Of a stretch of 42,369 bases of DNA, positions 27,554-37,510 are shown piece after piece. Position 1 is the stretch's first letter; every line of letters starts with the position of its first letter. Under the pieces are notes generated by a model that was not told the origin of the DNA, made no database searches, and saw only the letters and a list, made by a program, of their open reading frames with translations. Where the stretch lies: IMG/VR virus record IMGVR_UViG_3300045609_000021, positions 1 to 42,369 of that record, one strand, 5' to 3'. The position numbers and the translations under genes were made by a program. The DNA is from a virus (lineage: Duplodnaviria > Caudoviricetes).

Positions 27554-27582
27554 TGCCGGACGACTCATTCGTCCGTCCGGCA
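27554..27582 (-). terminator. Terminator/attenuator after the major tail gene
   Basis: TGCCGGACG...CGTCCGGCA stem followed by CTTTTATT on the minus strand. Confidence 0.6.
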
Positions 27583-27633
27583 TCTTCCCGTGATGAAAAA
27601 TTATGTAGAAAAGAAGTTTATAATATCCTGTTC

Positions 27634-28134
27634 CTACGACAGTCCTGTGGACGCGAATCTTTCATACCAGTAGTTGTCTTCCAGGGCGGTAGTCTTGAAG
27701 ACCTTGAACGTGAGTTTCAGGGCGTTGCCGTCCTTCTCGTCGAATGCGGGTGCCACGGAAAGCCGTGTCACGGGGCATTTGATTCCCATTGCGCCCACAT
27801 TGTGAGGCGTTACCTGCACGAACTGGTCACCCGGTACGATGTGCGTCTTGACTTTGAGCCCGTCGGTGGATATGCCGAGGGCCTTGTATAGCGCCGCTGA
27901 TGGTTCGATTACTGTAGTGGACAGTTCGAGCGTCCCTTCGAGGGCTTCCTCTGCCACCACTTCGCCTCCCGTAGCCACTGCCTGCAGCGTATCGCCGTCG
28001 TTGGTCGACAGCTCGGTCGTCTGGTTCTTGATGTAGCCGACATCCGTCAGCGTAGTCGGTGCCACGTCTCCGGTAGCCGTAGCTCCGAATTCGACTTTGC
28101 ACTTGGACCATGCCATTATGACTTTGTTTGCCAT
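27634..28134 (-). CDS. Major tail (tube) protein
   Basis: 166 aa, beta-rich, position before the chaperones. Confidence 0.75.
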   Translation of the reverse strand: MANKVIMAWSKCKVEFGATATGDVAPTTLTDVGYIKNQTTELSTNDGDTLQAVATGGEVVAEEALEGTLELSTTVIEPSAALYKALGISTDGLKVKTHIVPGDQFVQVTPHNVGAMGIKCPVTRLSVAPAFDEKDGNALKLTFKVFKTTALEDNYWYERFASTGLS

Positions 28135-28145
28135 TTTGTTACTCC

Positions 28146-28565
28146 TTAATTTTGAAATGCTGTGTAATTGAATGAAATCCCTATGTTAACGTAGTGTACT
28201 TCCATGCCCGGCACCGCGTTGGAGTCCGTCGCCTTGAAAAGCGAGAAGTCGTAGTCTGCGGAATAGCTGTTGAGGGCGTCTATGATTTCGGAATCGAGTT
28301 CGGCCAATGCCTTCATCCTCTCTTTGTCAGGGACTTTGCGTCCCTGTCCGATATCCAGGTCCTTGACGTATATGTTGATGCGTGCGCGTCCCGACTGGAT
28401 CTGTTCCGCGTCCGCTCCTGACACGGTGAGCACCGCGTCTTCCGTCTCCGCGTCCACGGGTCTCGTGTCGCTCGGATAGAATGTGCCTGCGATGTTTTTG
28501 CTGATGATATCCTCAAGAGCCGTGTACATTTCGTCTTCTATTGCTATTGTGCTTTTTGCTGACAT
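28146..28565 (-). CDS. Tail terminator/completion protein
   Basis: Synteny and size. Confidence 0.55.
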   Translation of the reverse strand: MSAKSTIAIEDEMYTALEDIISKNIAGTFYPSDTRPVDAETEDAVLTVSGADAEQIQSGRARINIYVKDLDIGQGRKVPDKERMKALAELDSEIIDALNSYSADYDFSLFKATDSNAVPGMEVHYVNIGISFNYTAFQN

Positions 28566-28572
28566 GATACCG

Positions 28573-29025
28573 TCATTTGAATATTCTAGTTAACAATTCA
28601 CGAATCTTCTTCTGCGCCATCTGCTCGCTCGTGTCGAGTACGTCGAGGCTCATGTCCTCTACGTATCTGGCGTACGGCATGCCGGCGCACATGATGAAAT
28701 AAATCCCTTTCGACGGGGCGTCCGCTGCCAGTTCGTGCAGGTATTCGAGTCCGGTCTGTTTTCCTTCTTCGCCGTTTCCCTTTTTCCCTGCAATCGCCTG
28801 CCACCCACCTTCGTGTATAGGTTCACCGTCTGCAATTATCATGTATCCTATGGATGAGCAGAGGTTTCCTGTCTGGGATTTATATTTGTGGCCCGATCGC
28901 GCCTGTGTGAGGCATTGCTCTCCGACAGTAAACAGTTCGTTTATGATTGCCGTTCTTCGTGACTGTATCTTCGCGTCGATCCATTCCCGGACGCCGCGCT
29001 CTTTAGGTCCTCCCGTCATCGGCAT
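28573..29025 (-). CDS. HK97 gp10-like neck/tail completion protein
   Basis: Y..QTGNL.SSIGY and AGM.YA.YVE motifs. Confidence 0.7.
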   Translation of the reverse strand: MPMTGGPKERGVREWIDAKIQSRRTAIINELFTVGEQCLTQARSGHKYKSQTGNLCSSIGYMIIADGEPIHEGGWQAIAGKKGNGEEGKQTGLEYLHELAADAPSKGIYFIMCAGMPYARYVEDMSLDVLDTSEQMAQKKIRELLTRIFK

Positions 29026-29026
29026 G

Positions 29027-29350
29027 TCATGTCCTCGCTATTGTTATCTGGAGGCATCCCACCGCCTGCAGGTAGTGTATGCTCTGCACTTCGTACGTTC
29101 CGAGATCTGCTCCGAGGTTGTCTGTGACCTTGATGCGCTTGGCGTTGAATTCCTGCGGTTCTATGAGCAGCGTCGCCGCCGTCCTTGTGAATCCGCCGTC
29201 CACGTATGTGCCTTTGTGGTCGCTGGTGCTGTATGAGATGTTGCAGTTTATCCTGTCACCCCATGTGACCGTCGCCGCCTGCGGTTTTCCGTGCACGATG
29301 CCGCCGCCTGTCGCTGTTTCGGCCTGCAGAGTCCCGTTGCATATTATCAT
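29027..29350 (-). CDS. Head closure / head-tail joining protein (start MIICNG)
   Basis: Synteny; TGATG overlap with the upstream gene. Confidence 0.55.
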   Translation of the reverse strand: MIICNGTLQAETATGGGIVHGKPQAATVTWGDRINCNISYSTSDHKGTYVDGGFTRTAATLLIEPQEFNAKRIKVTDNLGADLGTYEVQSIHYLQAVGCLQITIART

Positions 29351-29676
29351 CAGAAGTCCTCCCCCACATATCCGCATGATACGGGTGCGGTGCCGCCCGC
29401 ATCCCCGTACCGTGAAGATAGACGGTCTGCCAGGTTGACGAATCTGTCGCGCTCATCCTCGCTGAACGAATAGCTTACCCCGCCCTGCGTTATGTTCGGC
29501 GCAGTTGAAAGGTATCTGTATGTATCCGCTTTCGCAAGGTTGTAACCTGATGCGGAGCGTACGGTCATGTCGGCCTTGTCGTCCGCATTAAGCCCGTGCG
29601 CCTCGCAGATGTTGCTGACAGCTGCGGGCGGTATCGGGTATCCGGTTATTGCTCTTATGGATTCGCCTATTGTCAT
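29350..29676 (-). CDS. Head-tail adaptor protein
   Basis: Follows the capsid gene; APNITQGGVSYS motif. Confidence 0.6.
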   Translation of the reverse strand: MTIGESIRAITGYPIPPAAVSNICEAHGLNADDKADMTVRSASGYNLAKADTYRYLSTAPNITQGGVSYSFSEDERDRFVNLADRLSSRYGDAGGTAPVSCGYVGEDF

Positions 29677-29700
29677 GTCCGATTCTGTTGATGGTTTACG

Positions 29701-30816
29701 TTATGCGCTCTCGCCGTCGTTCCATGTGGTGGATGCGGTGTTCAGGAACACTGTGCTCCGTCTGTTGATGAGTGCGGGCTGCACGTACGCCTCGCTCATA
29801 GTCACTTCGAGCATCGGGTTGATGTCGGAGTAGCGTGTGACCTTGTAGTACGGGCCGTATACCTGGAGCGCGTCTGTGTTCTGTACCTGCGGCACGTTCT
29901 TGAAGTACGTCCAACCGAGCTGGATTGTCGGGGCCAGTGTCACGACGTTGGCGTTCCATGGCTTGATTGCCTCCACCTCGCCGTTCTTGTGCTCTATCGA
30001 TGCGTAGGTGTCGAGGACGATTATCTGAGGGAACCCGTTTTCGGGCTTCGTCAGATATGCGTTGATGTTCGACAGGCTTACCATCTCGGTGGTGACGAGA
30101 GCTATCTGCTTGACCTGAGGGTACAGCCTGTTTGCGACGGCCGTCTGCTTCTGCAGCTGCTGGAACTTCGCCTTCTCCATGAATGCGTAGCGGGGCTTGG
30201 GAAGTCCGAGCTTGGATATCGAGTCCTGGGCGTCGATGATGTCCTGGATGCCGTCGGCTGTGATGTCGCTCCATACCTTGGATGCACCCTTGAAGTTCGC
30301 TTCCGGTACGTTGAAGTTGATGACGTCCTGCGATGCCATCTCGCCCTCGATGCTGGCGGGGAATGTCTGCACGCCGCTGGAAGCGATGCGCATTGCGTCG
30401 ATTTCCACCTTGGCGTCCATCGCCTCGCGGACGAATTTGACGTCGTCGTAGACGATGCTTACGAGTTCCTGCTTTTCCTGTGCGTTTTCAGTCGCCGCAT
30501 TTGCGAGCGTCTGCGCCTCCTGGTAGTCGTTGATGTCGATTTCGTCCTTTTCGCGCGAAACCGAAATCTTCGAGAGTTTTCCGCTCCATGTACCTACCTT
30601 CTTGCGGGTCTTCTTCGGTGCGGATGTGTTGAAGGCCACGCGGTCTGCCGCGATAGGTATGCCTTCGTTGCCTTCGATTCCCTTGATGTCGAACTTGCGT
30701 GTATACTTAAGCGGGAACAGCGTGCTCCAGATGAAGCCCTGTCCTGGCTGGTAAGAGTTCACGGTAGCCTGCATTCCGGGGATGTCGATGTCGAATAATG
30801 GTGAATTGTATGCCAT
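29701..30816 (-). CDS. Major capsid protein (lambda gpE-like family)
   Basis: 371 aa; LFP, INFNVPEANF....VWSD..ADGIQDI patterns; position after the decoration and scaffold genes. Confidence 0.85.
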   Translation of the reverse strand: MAYNSPLFDIDIPGMQATVNSYQPGQGFIWSTLFPLKYTRKFDIKGIEGNEGIPIAADRVAFNTSAPKKTRKKVGTWSGKLSKISVSREKDEIDINDYQEAQTLANAATENAQEKQELVSIVYDDVKFVREAMDAKVEIDAMRIASSGVQTFPASIEGEMASQDVINFNVPEANFKGASKVWSDITADGIQDIIDAQDSISKLGLPKPRYAFMEKAKFQQLQKQTAVANRLYPQVKQIALVTTEMVSLSNINAYLTKPENGFPQIIVLDTYASIEHKNGEVEAIKPWNANVVTLAPTIQLGWTYFKNVPQVQNTDALQVYGPYYKVTRYSDINPMLEVTMSEAYVQPALINRRSTVFLNTASTTWNDGESA

Positions 30817-30828
30817 TGTCTGTTCCTC

Positions 30829-31389
30829 CTATACAAGTTGAATTGATTTGAGAAGCGCTGCCACTTCCGCGGCGATGCACGCGGTCTCCTTGCGGAGGTT
30901 CGCGCCGTTCACGAGACGCACTTCCTGGTCTCCGTTTCCGGACCATACGGTGTTTCCCAGCACGAATGCGGGGCTGTATATAGGTGCGGCCGCGCTTGCG
31001 CTTGCTGCCGCTGCCTGGTACAGGACGGTGTCGGCGGTGATTGCCACGCCGAGTGTGACGGTTACGACGTCATAGTCCTCGCTTGTTGTCGTGTCGACTG
31101 CCGTGCAGGCGACTCCCTTCGTGCCGTGGGCTATCACGTCTCCTTTCTGGACGCCGCTACCTTTTGCAATCTTGATGGTTGTGGCGTCGGCTGTGACCGC
31201 CTCTACGAGCCGGTATGCCTTGATGGGCAGGAACTTTCCGTCGCTGCCAGCCGACACGGCTGTCGTCGGCTTGATATCGAATTCAGGCGCTGCGACGAGC
31301 CCGCCTCCGGGCTTCTCCGCGAAGATCTGCTCGAAGTATATCGGGTCCGGCTTGCCTGGGTCGGTATGGTAAAAATTACGGTTTGCCAT
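30829..31389 (-). CDS. Head decoration protein
   Basis: Ala/Thr-rich 186 aa immediately upstream of the capsid gene. Confidence 0.6.
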   Translation of the reverse strand: MANRNFYHTDPGKPDPIYFEQIFAEKPGGGLVAAPEFDIKPTTAVSAGSDGKFLPIKAYRLVEAVTADATTIKIAKGSGVQKGDVIAHGTKGVACTAVDTTTSEDYDVVTVTLGVAITADTVLYQAAAASASAAAPIYSPAFVLGNTVWSGNGDQEVRLVNGANLRKETACIAAEVAALLKSIQLV

Positions 31390-31429
31390 GTTTTTCCTCT
31401 TTTACGTTTGTGTTGCTGTTATCATGGTC

Positions 31430-32173
31430 TCATACGGGCTGCTTCGGCTGCACTTGCGGCTGCGGGCCTCCTATCATGGTAGAGAACGGCTGCGTCGCCT
31501 GCATCGTCTTCCCCTTGTCCAGGTATTCCTTGACTGCAGGGTCGACTTCCCCTTGTTTCCGGTGGGTGGCGCCCCCCTTTGGGGCGGAAGCCGATGCGCC
31601 TGCAGCTTTGACCGATTTGATGTCCTCGTCGATTTCGGGCTTTCTCTCGTCGAGCCATCCGTTGAAGTCGTCTTCGTCCTTGAATGTAAGCCTGTCGAAG
31701 TCCCTCAGATATCTGTTGCGGGTCTTGTCGTCGGCTTCCTTCAGCATTTCGGTGAGACGGCCCTTGCGGCTGTTTCCAATCTTTTCGGTTTTGATGGCTG
31801 CCAGTTCGTCGGTGAGCGCCTTCTGGTTGTCGAGAAGCTGCTTGAGCATCTTCTGCGTTTCATCCTGAGGCACCTGTGGTTCGTCGGGCTTTTTCTCCTT
31901 CTGAATCGGGGGGTCCTGCGGTTTCTCAACCGGTTTACCGTTCTTGAGACCGAATTTCTGCTCGTAGTTTGCGATTGATGTCTCCGTCGCCTGCGTGGCG
32001 CGGAAGTCTCCCTCGTTGTCGATGAGCTGCTGGAACGTAACCCCGTCAACGGCGGTTTTGACGTCCTCTTCCTTTGTGACCGTTTTCGCCATTTTCTTGG
32101 CGATCCGCTCTAATGTCTTCGCCCCAACCCCTGGGTATTTGGTTTTGAGGCCTTCCAAAATCTGTTCAAACAT
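31430..32173 (-). CDS. Capsid scaffolding protein
   Basis: Charged, helical, Pro-rich linker; synteny. Confidence 0.6.
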   Translation of the reverse strand: MFEQILEGLKTKYPGVGAKTLERIAKKMAKTVTKEEDVKTAVDGVTFQQLIDNEGDFRATQATETSIANYEQKFGLKNGKPVEKPQDPPIQKEKKPDEPQVPQDETQKMLKQLLDNQKALTDELAAIKTEKIGNSRKGRLTEMLKEADDKTRNRYLRDFDRLTFKDEDDFNGWLDERKPEIDEDIKSVKAAGASASAPKGGATHRKQGEVDPAVKEYLDKGKTMQATQPFSTMIGGPQPQVQPKQPV

Positions 32174-32195
32174 GTTTTAAAAAATTTTGTTCGGG

Positions 32196-32240
32196 CGAAT
32201 ATAGATATTTTTCTGTTAATTATGATTATATTGAAATCAC
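32196..32240 (-). promoter_or_regulatory. Putative head-gene promoter (-7 TATATTCG) with palindromic operator (32222-32240)
   Basis: Near-consensus -7 box; ATGATTATATTGAAATCAC is 17/19 identical to 39877-39895. Confidence 0.55.
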
Positions 32241-32281
32241 TTTTAATAAAGTTTAACTTCGTTGGGCGTTTTACATTCAAA

Positions 32282-34177
32282 CTAATATTCGATTACTTTT
32301 TTCCCTTTTTTATAAAAAACTCGTATTCCTTTACTTTTCATTAATTCTGCTTTTTCCTTCCATCCTGAATATTTCGCTCCATCCAAACTGAAAGGTAAAC
32401 ACACTGATTCTATTTCATTTATGCTTAGGCTCCCATGTATTTGTACTTCGTTGTATAATCCGTAGTGGTTTTCCATCCATTGGCGCGCGTCTACATTTTT
32501 GTCTTCCCATGGTTTTTCTTTTTTGAACCATCTGTCATGGTTTTCGTCTGCAAACATGGATGCGTTCTGTTCGTCCATTCTGGACGGATGCAGGATTCCG
32601 CGCTTGTATCCATTTACCTGATTGACGTTATTCCTGTCTCTATACATCGACAACGAATCGTTCGGAGTCCAAGTTGAGCGTGAAATGATATCGTCTTTTT
32701 TGAAACGTATAACGATGTTTCCGTAATCGCGGAGCTGTTTTGAAGATGCCGCTTCATCCATGTCCTTTGGTGACAGATAGGCATAATAAGTTTTCCCGTA
32801 AGTTCCGAATAAGTATTTTTCAGCTTCTTTTCTCTGTGCAAGATATTCAGGCAAGTTTTTTTCTTTGACGATCCCGTTGCTTCCGTTGGAGTATATGTTT
32901 TTGAATCGTCCGCTTTCCAATATGGCAGACAGTGATCCTTCATTAACCCTCATGGCTACATCTGATTGTTCGATTGCCTTTTGCATGAATCCTTCCACTT
33001 CTGTCCTATTTTGTTCTATCCATTCATTCTTTGCGGCTTTGTTCATTTCGGCTTCGACATGTTCAAGTATGTTTTTGACGTCTTTGTCTGGTATCTGTTC
33101 ACTTGTCTTTCCGAGTGCTTTTTCTACGTATTTCGTGTTGTCGTTGATGAAGTATGGATTTTTCATCTTCGGGTTTTCTATGTCTTCCTTCTTTGTCTTG
33201 CACCATGCGTTGAATTCGTCCGGGCATTCCGTAACGACTCCGCTGAACTTCCATCCCGTGACGTCTTTCCCTACGAGTATGGCTTCGGTGTATTTGTTCA
33301 TTTCCTCGCGTGAGGCAAGTATCGAGACAGCGTAGCATCTGCACCATGGGTGCCATCCTACGAATTTGAAGTCTTTCGGATATCGTCCCGCGAGTTCGTC
33401 GCAGATGTCTTCTACCGGGTGGTTGTTGCTGATACGGATTTCTATTCCCAGGACGAAAGGCAGGGCGCTCCACCTGTTGTGGTCAGCCGTCCTGTATGCC
33501 ATGTTGTTTTCAGTCGCTGTCATACGGAGCGCGTTCTTGTAGCTTGATCGGTAGACGCCTGCGCCTGGATGATATGCTTTGGCGGCCTTGGACAGGCGCA
33601 GTACTCCGTCTTTGTCACGTACGCGTCTGAACAGTTTGTTCGGTTCCATCAGATATTGGCGGATGTCGCGCGAAAGTTCGGCCGCGCTTTTTCCCTGTCC
33701 TATTCCCACGCCGAGCGCAAGTTCCAGTTCCTTCTTCATCTGTCCTGTAAGGTTCCACACGCGTGTGGACAGATCCATTCCGCTGGCGGTTCTCCCGATG
33801 AATGACTGCAAGGCAAGCAGATGCGGCTCGCTCCATGCGGCTATTGTCTCTTTCGGAATCCCCGGACATGAAGACGCGACGGACCTGACGATCGCGTCGT
33901 TCTTCGTGTTGCTCAGGTTCCACGAATCCTTGTCTCCTTCCTCTATCGCGAGCTGCATATTGTCGTGCAGCCCTGACATCAGCTTGTCCACCTGTTTGTT
34001 GAGTGAAGGGAAGTCGGAGAAGTGGAATTCCTTTGCGGGGTCTGTCTTGGAAGATTGCGCGGCAAGCGCGGCCTTCCTGATGGCGTCGTCCATAAGTTTC
34101 TGCACTTTTCTCGCCTGTTCGGCAAGATTCTTCATGTGCTGGGCGTCGTATTTCCCTATGACGAATTTCTTTGGCAC
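32282..34177 (-). CDS. MuF / SPP1 gp7-like minor head protein with a C-terminal extension (putative ADP-ribosyltransferase-like toxin domain)
   Basis: ALRMTATENNMAY, ICDELAG.YPK.F.F.GWHPWCRC MuF motifs; AT-richer C-terminus with YG, DSL and YNEVQIHG motifs. Confidence 0.8.
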   Translation of the reverse strand: MPKKFVIGKYDAQHMKNLAEQARKVQKLMDDAIRKAALAAQSSKTDPAKEFHFSDFPSLNKQVDKLMSGLHDNMQLAIEEGDKDSWNLSNTKNDAIVRSVASSCPGIPKETIAAWSEPHLLALQSFIGRTASGMDLSTRVWNLTGQMKKELELALGVGIGQGKSAAELSRDIRQYLMEPNKLFRRVRDKDGVLRLSKAAKAYHPGAGVYRSSYKNALRMTATENNMAYRTADHNRWSALPFVLGIEIRISNNHPVEDICDELAGRYPKDFKFVGWHPWCRCYAVSILASREEMNKYTEAILVGKDVTGWKFSGVVTECPDEFNAWCKTKKEDIENPKMKNPYFINDNTKYVEKALGKTSEQIPDKDVKNILEHVEAEMNKAAKNEWIEQNRTEVEGFMQKAIEQSDVAMRVNEGSLSAILESGRFKNIYSNGSNGIVKEKNLPEYLAQRKEAEKYLFGTYGKTYYAYLSPKDMDEAASSKQLRDYGNIVIRFKKDDIISRSTWTPNDSLSMYRDRNNVNQVNGYKRGILHPSRMDEQNASMFADENHDRWFKKEKPWEDKNVDARQWMENHYGLYNEVQIHGSLSINEIESVCLPFSLDGAKYSGWKEKAELMKSKGIRVFYKKGKKVIEY

Positions 34178-34183
34178 GTTCTG

Positions 34184-35587
34184 TTACTCCGTCGGTTCGT
34201 TGGTGAATGCGTTTGTCGTCGCCGTCTCCTCTTTGTCTATCTGTTCTATCTCGTTGTCGATTTCCTCTTCCGGTACCCATCCGAGTCGGCGTATTGCAGT
34301 TCTGCGGCTGGCTATAGCCTTGCCTCCTGTGGCGTTGGTGTCGTCCTGTATCTCCTGGCTCTCGTCGTTGATCTGATACGGCGTTATGACGTTCTCGACT
34401 ACAAGCGAATCGAACACGCTTTCGAGCGAAGGGAACATCTGTTTGCAGAATGCCCTGACGACGTTAACCTCCCTGTCGAAGAACTCCAGCCAGTCCCCTG
34501 ATTCGTCGGTGACCTTCATCTGGCAGTCTATGAACAGCATCTTGCGCGCTTCGCCTGACATGGGCGTCGCCTTCATCTGCTCGAAGCTCATGTCCGGCAG
34601 CTGCAGACTGGTATGGATGTTGCGGCGCAGCTCCTCCGTATGGAATTTTAGCGCGTCGGTTGCCTGCGGCCATGTGGCGTATTCGGCCCTGTCGTCCTTT
34701 CCGTAGTGGAGCACGTTCCTTCCTATGTTGTCGTCGCTCGGCTCCTTGTCCGTGCTTGTCGGTCTCGCCGTGTCGGAGTATATGCACCATGTAGGGCGCG
34801 AGTTCTTGCGGAGGTAGTTGCCCTGGCGGCTCATCGTCCATTCCAGTTCTTGTCCATTTTCCGACTGGTCTTCCCATATCGGCTCGTCACGGTGTATGTA
34901 GATACCCTGAATCTTCTGGATGTTGATGGTTTCAGGCTCGATGTCGGCTACCCATCCGGTACCCGCGTTCTTCCATCTGTAGTGCTGGTTGTCGGTATAA
35001 GTGTCGAAATAATATATCCTGTTCATGCCTTCGAGTCTCGAATATCCAATCGACAAAGCTATCATGTCGTCGTATTCGTCGAACAGAGGGTACAGTTCGT
35101 CGTTGTCCATCGGGGAGAAGTTGCGGCATCTCAGTTTCAGCTTTGATTTTTCCCCTGCGTATACCGTGTCCTGCTCCTGCGCATACCATATCGTTGCCAT
35201 TTCGCAGGATGCGAACACCTTATGTGCCCTTTTCAGATTGACCGAGTTGATGTGGTTCTTGTCGAATATCGCCTCCATGATGGCGGCGGCCTTCTTTTCC
35301 TGGTCGTTTGTCGTCTTGTATATCCTCTTGACCGGGATGGTGAACATGAGCTCCTTCATGCGTTTGCATGCCTGCTTCTGAATCCCGTATGTGATGCGGG
35401 TCATTCGCTCCACCTTCCCGTGCCTTATCCTGTCCTTGTACGTCTTCACGTCATTGACGGGATGCTTGGCTGGGTTGTACTGCTTTTCGAGTTTTGCCCA
35501 TGCGGGAACTTCCACGTTCTTGTTCTTCAGGTCGGATATTATCTGCTCCGGCGTCCTGTCGCTTCTGATGATCTCTTCAATTGTCAT
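34184..35587 (-). CDS. Portal protein (SPP1 gp6-like)
   Basis: 467 aa after the terminase; PDMSF......MSGEA.K motif; acidic tail. Confidence 0.88.
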   Translation of the reverse strand: MTIEEIIRSDRTPEQIISDLKNKNVEVPAWAKLEKQYNPAKHPVNDVKTYKDRIRHGKVERMTRITYGIQKQACKRMKELMFTIPVKRIYKTTNDQEKKAAAIMEAIFDKNHINSVNLKRAHKVFASCEMATIWYAQEQDTVYAGEKSKLKLRCRNFSPMDNDELYPLFDEYDDMIALSIGYSRLEGMNRIYYFDTYTDNQHYRWKNAGTGWVADIEPETINIQKIQGIYIHRDEPIWEDQSENGQELEWTMSRQGNYLRKNSRPTWCIYSDTARPTSTDKEPSDDNIGRNVLHYGKDDRAEYATWPQATDALKFHTEELRRNIHTSLQLPDMSFEQMKATPMSGEARKMLFIDCQMKVTDESGDWLEFFDREVNVVRAFCKQMFPSLESVFDSLVVENVITPYQINDESQEIQDDTNATGGKAIASRRTAIRRLGWVPEEEIDNEIEQIDKEETATTNAFTNEPTE

Positions 35588-35612
35588 GATGTCTCCTTGT
35601 ATGTTTGCGTTG

Positions 35613-37055
35613 TTAATAGATTTCCTCTTCTATCTGTTCAATTTCTTCGTCTGTGTATTCGTATGCCATGCCCTGGAAATGTTCCACGACGCCTGTGGTG
35701 GCGTCCGGGGCGTCGTCATGTTCGTTGCGCCCTTCCTTGCGGTATGCGCTCATGGCCCCGTAATACTGCGGCCACATGGTATCCCAACCTTCCGGGTAGA
35801 ATACGATGTTCTGCACTTCCGCGCTGTGGGTGAGTATGCGGCTGTCCTTGTTGGCCGTCTGGGCAAGGTCTACGAACTGCATCGTCGTGTTACCCAGCGC
35901 GCGCACTTTCTTTTCGACGTTGCGTCTGAACCCGCGTCCGCCGTTGTTGCTCTCTATGACGCATATCTGAGTCCCGTTTCTCACGAGCATCCGTGCGGTC
36001 TCGTCCTCAGTATATTCCATCGGGCGCGACGTGTACAGGATGTCTCGGACGTAGCAGCCGGACATGAATTCGTCATAGCATATTCCGCAGAGGTAGTCGG
36101 CACCGGTGTCGGCGGTGTCTATGTAGCATTTCTTTGTAGGAAGATGCGTCTCTATCGGTATGGTCTGCCATGTCCTGAAATGCTGGTACATCAGGCCTTC
36201 GAGAGGCTTCGGGTTCTGCGCGTATTGCGTCTCGTAGACGAAGGAGTTCGCAAGTTTTATCTTTGCAAGGTCATGGAGCGTGTGCTTGAATGGCCATAGC
36301 GGCTGCGGTTCCCCGTTTTCGTCCCTGTACACGCAAGGGAGGCTTACGACCTTCCAGTCTTCCGGTTCTATCGATGTGAGATATCCGCACAGGTCCTTTT
36401 CGTGCAGGCGCTGCATGATGATTATTATCGGCGTGTTCCTGCTGTTGACACGGTTGCGGATGGTTGTCTCGAATCTTCTGTTGACTCTTTCCCTTACCAC
36501 GTCGGACAGCGCGTCTTCTGGTTTTATCGGGTCGTCTATGACGATTGCACCGGAGAACCTGTACGGTTCGCCTGGCACGTCGACCGATCCCGCTCCGAAT
36601 CCTGTTATCTGTCCGAGGGTGGATGTGGCGTATACGCCGCCTCCCTGTTCGGTGTCCCACCTGCATTTTGTGTCCGAACCGTATTTGATGCGTGTCCGGA
36701 ACAGGTGCCGGTACGGTTCCGAGTTGACGATGTCCTTGATTGCGACGCTGTTGTCCTGTGCGAGCGTACCTGAGTACGACAGGTGTATGAACCTTGATGC
36801 CGGGTTGATGGCGAGTCCCATCGCGATGAAGTTCTTTACCGCAAGTTCCGTCTTGCCGTACCGAGGCGCTATGTTGATGATGAGTTTGTTCGTTTTGCCC
36901 TGGAGCACGTCGTTAAGGGCGTCGCATACGCTCTTGTGGTGGCGTCCGACGACGAACTTCTTCTTTCCGTTCTCCATGAAGAAGTAGCGGGTGAAGTTGA
37001 GCGGGTTGCTTACGGCCCAAGCCCTGGTGATGTCGTCTCCGGTGTATTCGTTCAT
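35613..37055 (-). CDS. terL: Terminase large subunit
   Basis: Walker A APRYGKT, Walker B IVIDDP, MQRLHEKDL, nuclease HDDAPDA. Confidence 0.95.
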   Translation of the reverse strand: MNEYTGDDITRAWAVSNPLNFTRYFFMENGKKKFVVGRHHKSVCDALNDVLQGKTNKLIINIAPRYGKTELAVKNFIAMGLAINPASRFIHLSYSGTLAQDNSVAIKDIVNSEPYRHLFRTRIKYGSDTKCRWDTEQGGGVYATSTLGQITGFGAGSVDVPGEPYRFSGAIVIDDPIKPEDALSDVVRERVNRRFETTIRNRVNSRNTPIIIIMQRLHEKDLCGYLTSIEPEDWKVVSLPCVYRDENGEPQPLWPFKHTLHDLAKIKLANSFVYETQYAQNPKPLEGLMYQHFRTWQTIPIETHLPTKKCYIDTADTGADYLCGICYDEFMSGCYVRDILYTSRPMEYTEDETARMLVRNGTQICVIESNNGGRGFRRNVEKKVRALGNTTMQFVDLAQTANKDSRILTHSAEVQNIVFYPEGWDTMWPQYYGAMSAYRKEGRNEHDDAPDATTGVVEHFQGMAYEYTDEEIEQIEEEIY

Positions 37056-37507
37056 CAGTATTTTTCCTCGATTTCGTCCAGCAGCTTTCTTGCCTGCTCC
37101 TGTGTCATGCTCTGCGGGGATGTCAGCGGAGAGCCTCCGCTGGTGATGTCGACCTGCTGCTTGGGTATTCCGTATTGGCGGTCCCTGAGTTTCTCCACTG
37201 TGGAAGTCTTTCCGTTCTTCATGTCGATTATGATTGCCATGCAGAGCGTCTTCATGTATGAAGGTGTGTCGTCTGCCTTGGCGAATAGCTGAAGGTCGGA
37301 AAGCTGCATGGCGAGCACGATTCTCTCGATGGTGTCTATTTCCTCGATGGTGAGCTCTGTGGTCTTTTTGAGCTTTGTCTTGGGAAGTATCTCGCGGAGA
37401 AGTTTCTTCACCCTGTTACGGGGCCTTCCCGCAAGGTTTCCGCTTTGTCCTTCCTTGAATTTGTGGCCTTCGATGTTGGCCATCTGTTTTGGTGTACCGT
37501 ATGGCAT
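37055..37507 (-). CDS. Terminase small subunit-like protein (DUF5681-like)
   Basis: FKEGQSGNLAGRP motif; directly upstream of terL. Confidence 0.65.
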   Translation of the reverse strand: MPYGTPKQMANIEGHKFKEGQSGNLAGRPRNRVKKLLREILPKTKLKKTTELTIEEIDTIERIVLAMQLSDLQLFAKADDTPSYMKTLCMAIIIDMKNGKTSTVEKLRDRQYGIPKQQVDITSGGSPLTSPQSMTQEQARKLLDEIEEKY

Positions 37508-37510
37508 GGC

